This document shows positions 25,116-39,200 of a stretch of DNA of 64,000 nucleotides, piece after piece. Within the stretch, counting starts at the first letter, position 1, and the number at the start of each line of letters is the position of its first letter. Source of the DNA: Raillietiella orientalis (Eukaryota); assembly GCA_036172245.1 (NCBI GenBank), contig JAYWIR010000027.1, positions 1,922,001 through 1,986,000 on the forward strand, read 5' to 3'. The translations under genes were made by a program, and so were the position numbers. The notes under the pieces are model-generated. The model ran no database searches, was not told where the DNA came from, and saw only the letters and a program-made list of their open reading frames with translations.

Positions 25116-28100
25116 GCATTGCATGTACATCGACTAGGCAGGGGCGACTGCACCGATTTTTGCGAGGTTTCTAATGCGCATCCTTGAGTGATTCTCACGA
25201 GGAGAGCCGGCATCGTTCCGCCCAGAGTGGGCGCCGATGCCACTGCGGATGAGGAACCGAGACCACAGAACGGGATCGCCAGCACCCGTTGGCACCGACA
25301 GGATCTTTGCATTTTCGATGCGGATCTCGAAAGTAGGCTTTGCACCGAAAGTCGGCGGATTGGGCACCCTGGCACCTCGGCGGAGGAGGGAGGGGGGAGG
25401 AGGAGGAGGAGAGAAAATGCTGCATCCGCGCCTCGCCTTCGCTTCGATCTCCCCCACGCATTCAGACGTGCCATAGGAACGCAATTAAAACGCGAGACCG
25501 GGAAAGACAGGGGGAGAGCGAAACCTGAAATCTCTCGAGGTGCACCGCCTCCCCACCCCTCTCCCCCTCCCCCCGTCCTCCTGCTGTCCCGCCGCGCGAT
25601 TGCCACGTCACACTCCAAGATTCCCTCTCATCAAGACTGTCGGAACGAAATGGTCCCACAGGAGAAATTCCTCGGACCCGCTCACAATGGGTCGGTGCTC
25701 GTCGCAAACACAAAACAAGCACTCGACCGAACAGCGGCGGCGCGTTAAAGTGGAGCCGTCCTTGCAGGGCGCGCCGCTCCTCTCTAGGGAAAGGGACCTC
25801 CTCCGTGTCGGCTAAGGGGTTCGCACCGGGGCTCGTCGATCTTTTTCCGCCGAGTCGACGAACTTCTTGGCGCGGCGGTCGCGGAAGGGGCGCGTGCGTC
25901 AGGGTCTAAGAGGCGTGGGCGCCAGCGGCTCTTCCTGCGACAAACCTCAGCCCAACACCCGTGCCCAACACGGAAGCGTGCGCGTTCCCAGCCACTCCCT
26001 GGAGACGAACAGAAACAAAAAAAAAAAAAGGTGCACATTTCACATTGGTTACCGGTTTCGCAGCGACGCTGCTGACACAGGGAGCGGCAGCAGGAGAGGG
26101 GCGGGCCGGCACAGCTACATTTTCGTAGGCTGCGGGGCTGCAAAGCATCGTACGTTCCTGCCTGGCACGGGAGGGCGGGTGGGGAGGGGGGGGCAGCTTC
26201 GCCGATGTTATCGGCCACCAGTCATGGAGGTTGGGAAGGGAAGGGGGGAGGGAGGGTTGCGTACACCTTGCGACACTGCTCACGGCTGACGCGGGACCCC
26301 GTCGCGCACTCCTTTCGTGCCGCGGGGAGCGAGGGATGCTGCCAGGTTGTTGCACGCGTGCTCTCGCCCGCTCACTGTTCCCATAGTCTCTTCCGCAGCT
26401 GCACTCGCAGACGAACAATAGCCCGAGGCTTTATGGTTCCTTCTGAAGGGTCAACAGATTAAACAATTGAATCGCTAATCCTCTAAATTTATTAAATCCA
26501 CCTACGAGCAAGCAGTTCAAAGAATTAATGAGGTTAGGAGGAGAGGAAAGGGAGGGGGAGGGCGGGGGGGGGAAGAGGAGGAAAAAAATTTTCACCTCGG
26601 ACGGAGGTGAGGGCAGGCAGGTTTGGACACAGTCTCGGATTAGCATATTCGTGACCTGGAATCGCTCGCGGGACGGAATGCACGCCAGCGACGACGGGAT
26701 GACCGGTAAACAACTGTTGTCGTGGTCTGGTGGGCGCGAGCAGCCGGGAGCAACCAACGGACGGCGCCCTCCCTTCTAGGGGTGCCGTGAAGACGGCGGG
26801 GAACGCCGGTCGCAGGCCGCCCCTACGATCTCCCGACCACGGTTCACCACCCCGCCAGTCCACTACCGCCCCGCATCGTCGTCCACAGCTCGTGCCACAG
26901 GCGAGGCAGCAGCTCCCGGGGTTCGCGTTCGGGGAGAACCGACTGCGAGCGGGGAACATGGAGGCAGCTACCTCGATCTAGAGGTTGCCTCGGCAACGCG
27001 CTCGTGAACGCGCGAGGCACACGCTGGCCGCTGAGCGACGGAGACGTCGGCGACCAGGCCGAAAAGAGGCGTCCCCGGGAGCTTCCGCACGCAACCCTTC
27101 GCCCTCCCCTCCCTCCCCTGCAGTCTGCATCCCTTTCGGCGAGAAGACGCGGTCCTTCTTCCCACAAGGCACCACGGCTGGCGACGTAGCACCTATCGGC
27201 GAACGCTCACTCTCCTAAAGAGGGAAGCAGGAGCAAGGCCAGAAGGACCTTTTATGCCCTCAAACGAAGTTGGGACGCGCGCGTGGCTGCAGAGAGAAAC
27301 GGGACGTCCTGAAAGTGCGGCAGGGCCGCGGACGGCTTTTATTGGTCGGCCCGGAACTCTTAGTGAGATGAACGTGCCCTGGACCGAAGGGATGGGGGGG
27401 GGGGGGGAAGGGAAGGGAGGAGGAGGTCGAACGATTGCTTTCCGATCCCAGCCTCGAGCACGGGTCGGAAAGGGGACGCGCGTGCTGCGGTCGATTCGCC
27501 GCTGTTCCTGACCTATCCCTTCGAGCAGAGGCAGTGCGTCTCCTCAAGAGGGCGAAGGCGCACGCAGTGGATGTTGGATCTCAAACATGGGCTCGTGCGC
27601 AGAAAAGCGTAATCTTCCCTTCCTCATCGCAACCCGACCCACCCGGGGACGGCAGGCGCTCGGCTCCGTCTATTGGTGGCTAAGCGAACGAAAAAAAAAC
27701 CTGAAAGGGAACAACACGTCTTCGACGGCAGCCGCCTTACCGCAAATGGCGAGGTCGAGCAGCAACCACGCCCCGAAGTCCCCTTTTCGAGCAAGATCAA
27801 TAAAGTCGCCCATTTGACCCGCTTCTCGAACGCTGACCACTCACTGACCTATACCGGTTATCTTTTTATGTTCCAGAAATAAAAAAGAAACCGTTGGCAG
27901 GGAAGTTTCAAAACGGGGAACCAATTTTTTTTTTTTTTTCTCAAGCTTTTTTTCTTTCCCGGAATGACCAGCCTTTGTGGACTTTTGCTATTTCCTAGGG
28001 GCACGATGCTGCACGGTGTATCCGCACAAACCCTTAACCACTCGCCGTTCACCTCCGAACTGTTTGCGCACCCTTCGGCGCTGACAGGACCACCGATCGC

Positions 28101-30549
28101 GGGGCCGCATCGCTGCGAGCTCTCATGCGCCGGTGGTCATCTCCCTTCCTACCTGGGGAGCATCACACGGGATCGTTAGAAAAAAGGGGGCTTTTCTCGG
28201 AGAAGCCCGGTGACCGTGCTTCTTTTGGCTATCGGCGAGTTCATTTTCGCGGCTACCAGCCTGGGAGGAGATGGCGCTCCTTCCCCGTGCCGCCGGCGCT
28301 CTCGCCCACGAGCGAAACCAAACCCAACCGCCGTCTGCCTTACGTTTTCACGACGGTCCGGTTTCCACCAGCTCAGCATACCCTGCACCTTATCGAAGAA
28401 AGCACAGAAGGCGTATTGTTCATCCCGTGCTGGACCACCCGAGTTGACCACTGAGCACGACGGGAATCTGTCGACCGGTGCAACCTAAAGTGCAACCACC
28501 ACGCCGTCGGCCGATCCGCGGCGGCTGCGTGGTTTCGCTCGGGATCGCAATCAGCCACACTGTGCAACGTGTCAAAAGCTGTTCGAATCTCCGGGAGCGG
28601 CTAAAATCGCTGGAAAAATCCGGTAAAAAGCCAGTCTGCCAGTCTGCGAGCGCTCTCTGTGCACTCCAGCTGTGTGCAAGGTCTCCAGAAACACGCACAC
28701 ACAGAAAGGAGAGAGCCTCACGGAAAATTCCTGCCTACGTCACTGGAAAGCGCTGAATGGCGTTTTCTCCCGTATCGTGGAAAGCGAAATTTTCGTGGGA
28801 TTTGTAATGAAACGGAGCCGTGGGATGCTGGATGGAATTCTCGGAACAAACAGCACATCACCCGCAACGCAATTTGCATTTCGTACCCATCGTGAACGGC
28901 GGGAGGGAAAGTGTAGTGCCACCACCGCGGCCGAACGCACCGCCGCGAAGGAATCGGAGGTCTCAAAGGCCACCACCACCACCACCACCACCAGCAGCAG
29001 CAGCAGCCTGGGCAGACGGGTGAGATGAAGTGCAACACGCTCGTGCGAGAGAGCACAAACTGGATTCCCAGGAGGAGGAGGAGGAGGGGGGGGGGGAGGA
29101 AGCGCACACTTTGCACAGGCGAATGGCTGCTTTGTTCACGAAGCTGGCACCCCTGTCGCTGGAACGCTTCCGATTGCGACACCTGGGAGGGCAGCACACG
29201 GCATGGATTGAGATACACCGCAAGCAGGGCGAACTTTCGCTCGGATGGAAACAACCAAAGAAAACAAATCTGGGACAAAACGGCAATGGCGCCCACGCGC
29301 GATTTCTTCCTCCACCACCACCACTCCGGGGACGCACGCTCGCCGGTTCGAGCCACTCGGCGTGTGGCGAGTACGGAATCGCAAAAATCCAAATATACAA
29401 AATGGAACACCTGCCTCCCTCGGCCACCAAGCGACACGCTCCGCGATGCCGTGCACTACCGCCGGCGACTTTTTTTCGGCGCATGAACTCGCCGTCCCCC
29501 CCTCCCCCCTCCCCCTCCTAATATGTCCGAGAGCTACCTGCGCCTGCGCGGAGAATCCCAGGCGCGGAGCCGATTCGCAATCAAGGTGACGCACACCGAG
29601 GCGGCGCGAACCGGTGCACGCAGCGTCTCTCCCTGCGTTGGGAGGGGGAGGGAGGGAGGGGGTGCCACGCAAACGAAGAAGAAGAAATCCGCAGAAAGGG
29701 CGAAAGCATGGGCTCCCTCCCTCTCGCTCTCGAGAAGCGAAGGGGAAAGGGGAGCGCTCTGCTGACCGTTTCCGCGAAAAGCAGCTCCCCTCCTCCTGGA
29801 AGGAACGGGATCGCATGCGCGCATGCGCGCGCGGTGCTCGGAGAGGGGGGAGCTGTCGCCGGACTCCCATGCGCGCGCGCGCGCGCTCCCCCGCGCGTTA
29901 GGATGCGTTTCCATCCCGCGAGTTGCGCGCGCGCACATCCATGTGCGTGCCCTCTCCGCCCCTGCCCCCTTGCGCGTGCGCCCGCGCGCGCGAGGGCACG
30001 AAGACCTCACGCTCGCGCGGGCGCGCTTGCGGAAGGATGGGGGGGGGGGGAGAGGAAAGGAGCCGACGTGCCTGCGCGGACCCGAGTGCCGGAAATTGTG
30101 CGCACAGAGTCTTCCGCAACCACCAGCACAACCTGCGGTTGAACAAGAGAGCGCGTGGGCGTTGGTGCGTGGTGACCACGGGACGGAAGGCTTTCTGCGC
30201 GCGGGGAAGATGGAGACCCGGGAGGGGGAGGGGGAAACGCATGTTCCTCCCCCCCCCGGCTTTTTAGCACATCCACGATTCTCCTTTCCTGCTACGCGCC
30301 CCGCGTGGGTGGACATGCCCAGATGCTTTGGGAGAGGGCGTTGGCGCTTCCGTCGGCGCGTTGCCATTAGCACCGCCGCTCCAAGGTGGGCGCAAACGGA
30401 CGTTTCTCTTTGCCTTTTTTTTTTTTTTATTTTGCGTCTGCCGCATCCGTGCGGTGCGTTTCGTCCCTTCCCCGCTATCGCCGACCTGTTTGCTTTTCAC
30501 GAGAGCGTTCGGAGCGTCTGGGAAAAAGTGATGGCAACACTGCTCCGCT

Positions 30550-32900
30550 AGCGTAACGCGGCTGTTGCCGGAGCGTTCCCGAGAGCACCCTGGAATCTCA
30601 GGCGCTCTGAACCGACCCGGGGACGCCCCCCGCCGCCCCTCAAACCCGTCGCAGGGCCCTCAGTAGGGTCCCCATGCTTTGCGACGCGACCATCGTTCCC
30701 CCCATTCTCACCCTCAAAATTCTCGCGGAACGCTCTCGCTTCCGCCGTCCCCTGAAGGAAACCCACGCTGGGCGGGACCTCACCAGCGAGGAGGGTTCTT
30801 TGGCTGCACGTGGTGGCGCAGATGACGGCCCCCTCCCTCCGTCCTACGCGCGCGCCTGCGTTCCTGCATGTGCACGCCGGTATGCGCTCATACGCGCTAA
30901 ACACGGGTGCACGCATCGGCCTCCTTGTGCCGTGCCGACCACCACCCTGGACTCGTACACCAACGTGCGGACGCACACATTTCGCTGGTGCACTTCCCGT
31001 CGCTTCCGGGAAGCACTCGTGGGCGCCGGCTCTAGCTGTGCGGTGAACTCGTGCAGCTCCCCCCCCCCTTCCTCGTGCAGACGGCGGCGCGTCCTCGTTT
31101 GCTACGCGCGCGTCCACCAACGGCAAGACCAACGGACGACGACGCGCCAGCAGACCTCTTCCTGCGACCGTGGCGGACGGTCCTCGACGTCGCGTTGCCC
31201 TTGGCAAACGGTCGGGGCCCTTCCCAGCTTTCGCGCGCATCCCCTTGCTGCTGCCAAGCCGGGGGCGGCGCGTGCTCGCGGCATGCTACGCGGCCCTGCC
31301 TCCGCCTTTCCTCCCCTCCGGTTCGCCCGAGGAAGCCCGCGCCCGCCGGACGGAGCCACCTGCGCGAACCCTAGGGACGCCATCATGCTCTCTCGACCGA
31401 GCGTCGAACGGCGCTTCCTGCGGGGCACCTGCGGCGGGGGATTCTCTGGGACCTTCGACCCGAGAACCGCGGGTCGGGATGGAACCGCCTCGGGGACTCT
31501 GCAGGCGCATCTTCCGCCCGCAGATGTTCTCGGGTGCGCTCCGAGGTAGCAGCACGAGCGCGTGCGATCCGAACCAACAATGCAGTGACGCGAGGAACCA
31601 CGTGACCGCCGATTTTCGCGTTCGGGTCGGTCGGTTGCCCCGCAGCCAGCTGGAGTTCCCCTCGCGAGAGGGTGTTAGGGGTTCCCTGGAGGCGTTCCTT
31701 GGATCCTCCCCATTTCGCGCCTCTGCTCTCCTGCCGGGAACCGCGAGCCCTTCTCGAGAGGCTCATGAGGATGGCGCGTGTCCAGTAACCGCCTTCGGAG
31801 AAGGGGGGGGGGGGTTACTGATTCCTATGGCAGTGCGAGGACGTGGCCGTCCTAGATCGAGTACTTCCGTGGTGGCTGTTGCAGCTTTCAGATGAGGCTG
31901 AAGGTGCGTCCGGCGTGCACGCCGCTGCCGGGCGAAGTCTCTGGCTGCGCTCGTTTCTCCTCCCGGGAGGGGAGTCTTTCGAGGAAGGCAGGCAGCTGCG
32001 ACGATCGGGTGGCGCGCGCGCATCGACTCGACCAACTCTGCGAAGACGGGGAAAAAACGTCTCCTCAGCGGGAGGGTCTTCCCGAAATCCTGGACCGACG
32101 TCTGAAGCTGTCAGCCACTCCGACTGAGAGCGAAAGCGGTCTCCGCCGCGTTTTGCGCCGGCGCGCGCCGGAGCAACAGTGGAAGGATGTTCTGGGAAAG
32201 CAGCTGAGCCGAGATTATCATCAGCATTCTGTTCCTCCCTTTTTCTATCCCCATCTGTGTCGTCGTCGGCGAATACGTTTCGTCCACGTCCGGCGGGGCG
32301 AGTGCCGCTGCTGTCAGAGACGCAGCGGTACCCTCCCCCCTCGACTCTCAAGCAGGAGGAAGGGAAAGGGGGGGGGGAGGAATTATCGGAAACGCAACCA
32401 TGGCCTGGAGAGGGAGACAGAGGTACCAAACTGCCTTCCAGTTTTCTCGGGAAACCGCCGAGCGGAAGGTGAACCGCCAACGCACCCTCTGCTGGAACGC
32501 AGGCGCCAACCGCGGCGTGGGCTAGCGGAGCGGTGACGGGGCTGCTGCAGCCTACAATCTGACTATGCGGGTTGCCGCGGACCGACACCAGTTGGGGACC
32601 GACCGCCTCCTCCTCCCTCCCTCCTTTGATTCTTCTACGGCAGCCGGATGGGTGATGGACGGTGACAGCAATGCGGTTCTTCATCCGGACGCGGGGCGCA
32701 ATGAGGGACGCCCTCTGCCAGCTGCAGGCGAAGCTCGGAAACGAGCTGACAGCTCCGCCGCGTGCTCCTGCCGTGCAGTGGTGCGACCAACAACACTGCA
32801 CGTGGAGTCCCTTTGTGCATTTCTGGACAGCATCCATGTCTCCTTGTCGAAGCAAAACGCACGAAAAAGGCATGCTACCTCTGCTCTCATGTCATCATCA
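30550..32900 (+). mobile_element. Degenerate L1/Tx1-like ORF2 (APE endonuclease to RT N-terminus)
   Basis: Ordered relic motifs: LKETH (LQETH), GGGFSGTFDP (GGDFNxxLDP), RVARAHRLDQLCEDGEKTS (RS..W.EEGEK), TSWGPTASS (NWRPISL), VLHPDAGRNEGR (IHPDQ.GF..GR), LHVESLCAFLDSI (LD.EKAFDS). Confidence 0.55.
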
Positions 32901-33849
32901 TCTTTTTTTTTTTTGGTGCATTTACATGCAGCCGCCCTCATTCATTGCACACACCGATACAAGAATGTGGATCGATTTGTTCTTGCGACTGAGACTCCCA
33001 GAGCTTTTTGTTGTTGGTGCAACGATTAACGCGATGCCAGATGATGGGCGATTTCGTCCGCCTGGTTCGCACTCCACGTATTTCAGGCCGGAAACCAACG
33101 CGGATATCTGCTCGTGATCATAACGGGAGATGCGCCCAAGGCGCGGCGAAACTCGCGTGCCTGCTGATCTCATTACCATCCTGCAATGGCGGTCACAGTT
33201 TTGGCAGTGGTGGCTAAGAAGGAAACCAGACAGACGGACCTCCAGCGTTTGGTTTCATCGCTCGAGAATGGGCACGGCAAGAGCACGTCAAAAGAAAGCA
33301 TGAGGGGGGGGGGGAGGAAGCCGCTATCATCTCGATACAGTAACAAAGTCAGTCGCTTTCCTGCACACCACGATGCGCTTCAAGTTTCCCGCCCATCTGC
33401 AAACCTCCTGTGCGTCTCGGGACCACTGCTTTCTCTCTCTCCGTCTGTCGGAGTGTTTTCGCTCGCGCATGCGGCGCCGAGACCGCGGATATTGGATTCA
33501 CGTGTTGGCGGGACGAAGCACGCAGCACGCGGCACTCGAACCGCTGGGAGACCCCGAGCGCGCGCGCGGCAGCCGAAGCTTCTCCAACCATGAAACTTCA
33601 AGCAGACTCGCCGCCGCCATTTTCCTGCTCCTCCTCTCGTCCCGTCCGTCGGCGTCTGCTTCCGTCAGTTCCCGCCGTCTTGCGAGGTCCCGCGTTTGGA
33701 CGACGCGTGCTGCGTGCGAATGGCGCGCGTCATTCCCTCTCCGTTCGCTCCCGCACTTCCGGCTGCCCCCTCTCCTCTCCCCCTCCCATCTTATCGAGAG
33801 TGGACAGCGCATTGAGGAGGAGGAGAGGAGTTGGATGGGTGCGTCGCGG

Positions 33850-35450
33850 GCGTCCCGGTTGGCGAGGTTCCTCCTCCCCGGTCGGTAGACGTCAGTCACC
33901 AGAAGTTCTCTTGCCTCGTTCCCCACTGCTCCTCATCCCTGCTTGCGCGTTCCTCCCCAGGCTCCGCGCAGCGGTGTTTGCCCTTTAGGAGCAGGGACGA
34001 AGCGCCCACTTCCGCTTTGCACCCCACATTTCCGCCTAGGAGAACTCCAGCCGGCGGACCTCCTCTTCCGGGTGCGGAAGGAGAAGGATGTGCCGCTGGC
34101 TTGTCCGGCGGACGGACGGACGCTGCTGGCACGCAGGTTGCTCGAGCGGCCACCGAGCAGCGGACCGGTCGGAGAGGGAAAGCGGTCACCGGGTTTTTGC
34201 GCAGGCGCGGCGCGCTCATGCAGGCGATCTGTTCGAGACCACGAGGGAAACTGCTTTCCTCTCCAGTTCACGGCAGTGCCCGCGCATCTCCCGGGGGCCC
34301 TCACGGTCCCCGGGAGAGGGGGTCGCGCGAAAACTTCCAGCCTGATGGCGGCACCGTCGCCTCTCGGGTTGGAAGGGGGAGCGACTTCCCCGGCGTGATC
34401 GCACGCGACTGAGGGAAAGGGGGGGAAGGATGGATATTCTCCGGAACTGATGCGCCCTGGAGATGGCTCTGCAGATCTGGGGACGGAAGCAGAGCGGAGG
34501 TGCCCGGGAGCTACTGCTGGATCGTCCTGGGGCGCGATGTCGAGTTTTTCCCGTCCTCTTCCCCCTTCCTGCACTCCCGAGCGCCCCGCTGAGCTACGCC
34601 GCTGCACTGGCGGAAACCCCCCGCTGTTTTCTCCCCCAAGAAGGAGTGCCCCTTGCCCAGCACAGGGTGGGCTGCGGAAGCGCAATCGCTGGCACCTGAG
34701 AAGCTCCGGGGGTGGGTGGGGGAGAAGAGGGCATCGCACCAGGGAGTCCTCCCGGAGATCCCCGCAGATTTCCCGCACGCATGAGCTAGAGTCCCCCCCT
34801 CTCTGCAGGACTCACAGGGCGGGAAAGGCGGGGAGTGTCGTTCCGGGGAGCTCCTGCGCCACCGTTCCGCTGGTGCCCGAAAGGGGACGAGTCGGAACCG
34901 AAAGCTCACTTTTTCCACCGTCATTTTGCACCTCGGGATGGTCACCTGCCTTCAGCGTGGCGCCTGACGACGACGGGGCGGGGGTGACCCGGGGGAGCTC
35001 GGGTAGGAAGTCGCCGCTACCGCTGGACGCGTGCTCCCTCTCGGCGACCGTCGGCGACCGAGGCTGCTGGAGTGGGCGCCTCTAGCAGCGCCGGCTTAAG
35101 CAAGGACTCCCGGTTGCCCGCTCAGGCTGGCATCGATGGCGGTGGCGAGGTTTGAGGAGCCACGCGGCTCCCCCCAGAGTCGTCTCCCCCAGCGCACCGC
35201 TCGAAGGTGCGCCATCGGCGCGCGGGGGCAGGCGGGCGGTGGTCAAGCGCCTCCGCGACCGTCAGCTTCGAGACCACGGCAGCGACCCAGACCATTAGCT
35301 CCCGTGTCCGCGTTTTCGACTCCTCCCTGAAACGGAACCGCACTCCCAGCGTGCTGCTCTCTCGGTTTCCAGAGAACAGCGGCGAATCCAGGCCGCTGCA
35401 CCTCCTTTCTCGCTTCCAGTCCCGCGGGCTCATTGCCGGACTACGCGGTG
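33850..35450 (-). mobile_element. Degenerate L1/Tx1-like endonuclease/linker fragment
   Basis: ORF 33933..34778 contains ICGDL, REKLDIA, ACDHA, PRGDG, RASSVRPSAGQASGTSFSFRTRKRR in APE-linker order. Confidence 0.5.
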
Positions 35451-36249
35451 CCGCACGAGCTGCGACTGCGCATGCGTGGCCAGCATGCTCCTCCAACTTT
35501 TCCTCTCCCCGGCACAACAATCACAAGCGTGGTAATCGTGGCAGCACCGGCGCGCACCGGTGTCGTCATGGAAACGCATTTTGCCAACAATAAATCGCTA
35601 ATTAAAAATGGGGAGCGTAAGCAGATTATAATTGATGAAGTCGTAATTAACATTTAAGATAATGCGCAGTGAACACACGTGTAAACCAGCGCGCGACGGT
35701 TCGCATTACAACGTAAACGCTGGCATTGGACGATTGGGCAGTGTAAGCCAAAGCTCCGGTAGCGCGGGCCTGCGTTCCATTACTCAGCGGATGTGACGAA
35801 GGGGGAGAGACATGAGCGCGCGCAGGTTCTGCGGGTTCCTTCCCGATCCCCAGCTCTGGGAGGACGTTTCGGAACGGCAGCCGCCGGGTGAAGAACGCGC
35901 ACCACGCCGAGCTACTGCTGCAGCATCCCTGGGGTCTTGTCCCGGGACGTCTGCTGCCGCTAACCGGAGGGAAAGCTTGCGGACGGCGGGTAGCTAGCGA
36001 GATGCAAAAGGGGAGGAGGATGGATGCTTCGAGCGTGCTTCGGTCCACGTTGCCTCGGGAGACCTGCGCGAAGCGCGCGCGCAACAATGCAGCCATGGAA
36101 ACGAGGGAGGGGCGCTAGCCGATTGGTGCAAGGAAAGAGGGGGGGAACGGTCGACTCGAGGAGACCGGGCCGGGCCTGCTGCAGGCAGGATCCGCTTCGT
36201 CGGCGACGCTGCTGCCCGGTGCGCGCGGTCTGTGGTCTCCCGATTCGAG

Positions 36250-39200
36250 TGTAGAGGGGTCATTGGGGCGGCCACTCGGGGAGAAGGACGTCTACGCAGG
36301 CGCGCTTCGCTGCCTTGTCGCCTTTTTCGGTCCTCTTATCCGCGTCTGCGAACAGGGCTGGACCGCCAGCTCGCAGGAAGCGACCCTTTCAGGTCGGCCT
36401 CGCCTTCGGAAGGGCAAGCCGGGGCTCCTGCCCTCTGCCGCAGAGCGCGTGGCGCACCCCGGAGAGGCGCCACGGATTGCCAGCATCTCGCCGCCGGGTT
36501 TCCGGTCCTTCTGGAGGTGGAGTCGATCATTTGTGGGCAAGGGTGGAGGGGTCCGGCTGCTTTCCTTTGCTTTTAACCTTCACCTCCCCCGGCCTGCTTC
36601 TCAGGCGAGGCTCGCTTTGGAGTCTTGCTTCGGGACTTCCTGGAGGACGTGCGTACCCCTTGGTGAGGAGAAATGACCTTTATCGAGGACTTCCACTCCT
36701 CCCCATCTCCGGGGAAAGGCGAAGTTTCCAGGTTGGCAAAGAGCGTCCATCACGAGGGACGTCTCTCGTTCGCCGCTCCGACGGCAGATGGCAGTCCCCT
36801 CGCCTCCGTCTTCTGCCTGCCACCACCCGAAGGAAAGGGGAGTGTCTGCAGGACCGACTATCTGGCCATGTCCTCTCAACACCTCCCGAGGCGTCCCTAG
36901 CGGGCGTCGCGGCTTCGAAGGAGAGAACTGCGTCCCTGGCAGGAGAAGGAGAGGGAGAGAGGGTCCGGGAATGGGGAGGCGACATGGGGGCGGCGACCGG
37001 AAAGCGCAGAATTGCCGTCCTCGTCGCTTGGGTTCCACGGCGCGGCTGGCGCGCGCCCTGCCGCTCTGCGCAGCTGCCGCTCAGGGCATCGAAGGTGTGG
37101 GGTGGGCGGTGAGAGGTGGTGGAGATCATTCCAGACGCGCCCTCCCGGTGGCGGCGGGAGTCCTCCCAGGAGCATCTTCCAGACCCGTTGATCCATCCGT
37201 CGGGTTGCTGCGTCGCGCTGCAAGCCGGAGAGAGGGGCGCCTTTCGACCCGGTAGGGCGCTAGTGACGCACGGCTTCCGTGCCTTAGGGCCTGACCGCTC
37301 CGCCACAGGCGGGGGAAGGGCGCGCTGTGGTCTCCGAGTCGGGGGTGCCGGCGGGCACCCCGAGGGACCGCCCGGTGTAAGGCGATGATGCCGCGCACCC
37401 ACCTTGTCCCGTTGCCTAGCAGCCGGGTAAGGGAGGGGCGGAGGAAGCCGGGGAAGCAAGCGTTCCCCTTTCGCTTCTCCCTTCCCCTGGACCAGCCCGC
37501 CCGCGTGTCTGCCTGCAGGGGTGCTGGAGGATGCGTGGACTGCCTAGGGGCCCCCGCTGCTGAGCCCCCGCATCCGTCCGTCCGCGGCGCCCGCGGGTGG
37601 CAGCCGGGGCCGGTGACCCGCCGTGAACGCTGATGCGCCCGCGCTGACCCGCCCCGGTTTCCTTCTCGCCGGACCGAGAAGCGGGGATTTCCGGTCATCG
37701 GGAAAACTGCTTACCCGCTCCATGCAGTGGCACCATGGTCTCCCTTGCTGCTTCCGCTGCCGTCGAGCGGTTCCCGAACTTCCCGACTTTCTCCCATTCC
37801 TCTTCCTTCTTTTTGCCTTTAGGCGCTCCCCCCCCTCCTCGCTTCCAGTCCCGCGGACGCTAACAATGGTCCCCTGGAAACCGTCTCCGACCAATGTTGC
37901 TGAAGGGAGACACTCCCGGCTCCTCGCGCCCTTACGGTTCGGCAGATTCTCCCACATGACCACCACGCGTATGCACTCCAGCTGTGCCCTCGGACAACCG
38001 CGTCGGCCAGGGGCAGCGAAGGAAGGGAATCCAAGAGAACAACCTCGGGGATCCGGCGTGCAAGGTCGGAAAGCTGACCCAGTGAAAGTCTCCATAGGTC
38101 CGACCCTCTCCGTCGGGAAAACCGGCGGACGAGGACTCACCCATCCGGAGACGCAGCCCAGGGAAGTGAGGATCCACCTCGAGCGCGCGCCTACCGAGAT
38201 TGCACCGGCTCCTAGGCCGCCTGGCGATGGAGCCTGACGAAAGGGAGGGCTTTCTCCGTTGCACCCACTTCCTGGAAAGCTGCATCGCCATGCTAGGACA
38301 GCCGCTTCATCCTTCTTCTCGTCTGCGGCGCGTTTGGCACGCCAGTAGAGCTCCCGTTCGCAGGGGCCGCTCCCATGCAGTAGTTGGATGGGCTTACAGG
38401 GAGATCAGGACTTTAGAAGAGGTCCCTCGGTAGACTGGAAGGGAAAGGAGGGTCCCTAGCTCGGGGCGCGCTTAAGAGAAGGGATTACCGTGATCCCGCG
38501 CTCTGGAAAAGAGAGGACACCAGGACGACCTTGCCTTTATCAGGCAAGACGATGTAGGAGCAAAACCACTTGCTTGAAAAGCAGTATGCGCACGTGGATG
38601 CATCCGGTCAGTGAGTTCCTTTTCCGAATCCCTCCACGTTGTCACTGTCGTCGAGGTGAGGATGTTGATGAGCCTTCCTCTTCCTCCAAAGTTCATGACA
38701 GGTGCTCCGACTTTCCACACTCCTTCGTCCTGTGTCGCGTGCCCTCGAGACACGGGGTCCTCCCTTTGCCTAGAGATGGAGCAGGGAGCTCTCCTCTCTC
38801 GATCTTACCCATCCCTAGTTCCCACCTCTACTCTTTTCAGAAAGCCTCTTACGCGGGAGGAGGAGGACTCTCGAGCATTCCTCGTTCCATCGGTTCCTGA
38901 TCTCTGACAAAGTCCTTGGCGAGCGTGTCTCCTCCATGGGAGAGCAAACAGCCACAGGCGAGAACGGCCTACTCCACACTGTAGATCTCTGGTCTTAGGC
39001 AGCTTTCGCATCGTCGTTTCTTCTTTTTTTCAAAGGATTCCGACACAGTCTTATCTTCCCTTCGTCCCCGCCTTCGCACCACCTCCAATCTGCAGGGTGT
39101 TCCCCCTCCGTCCCACATGATGCTTGAAGCGATCGCTCTGCCTGTTGGATGGCGAGAGCAGCCGGAACACTCCAAGTCAGCTGGACAACATTCATGTAGC

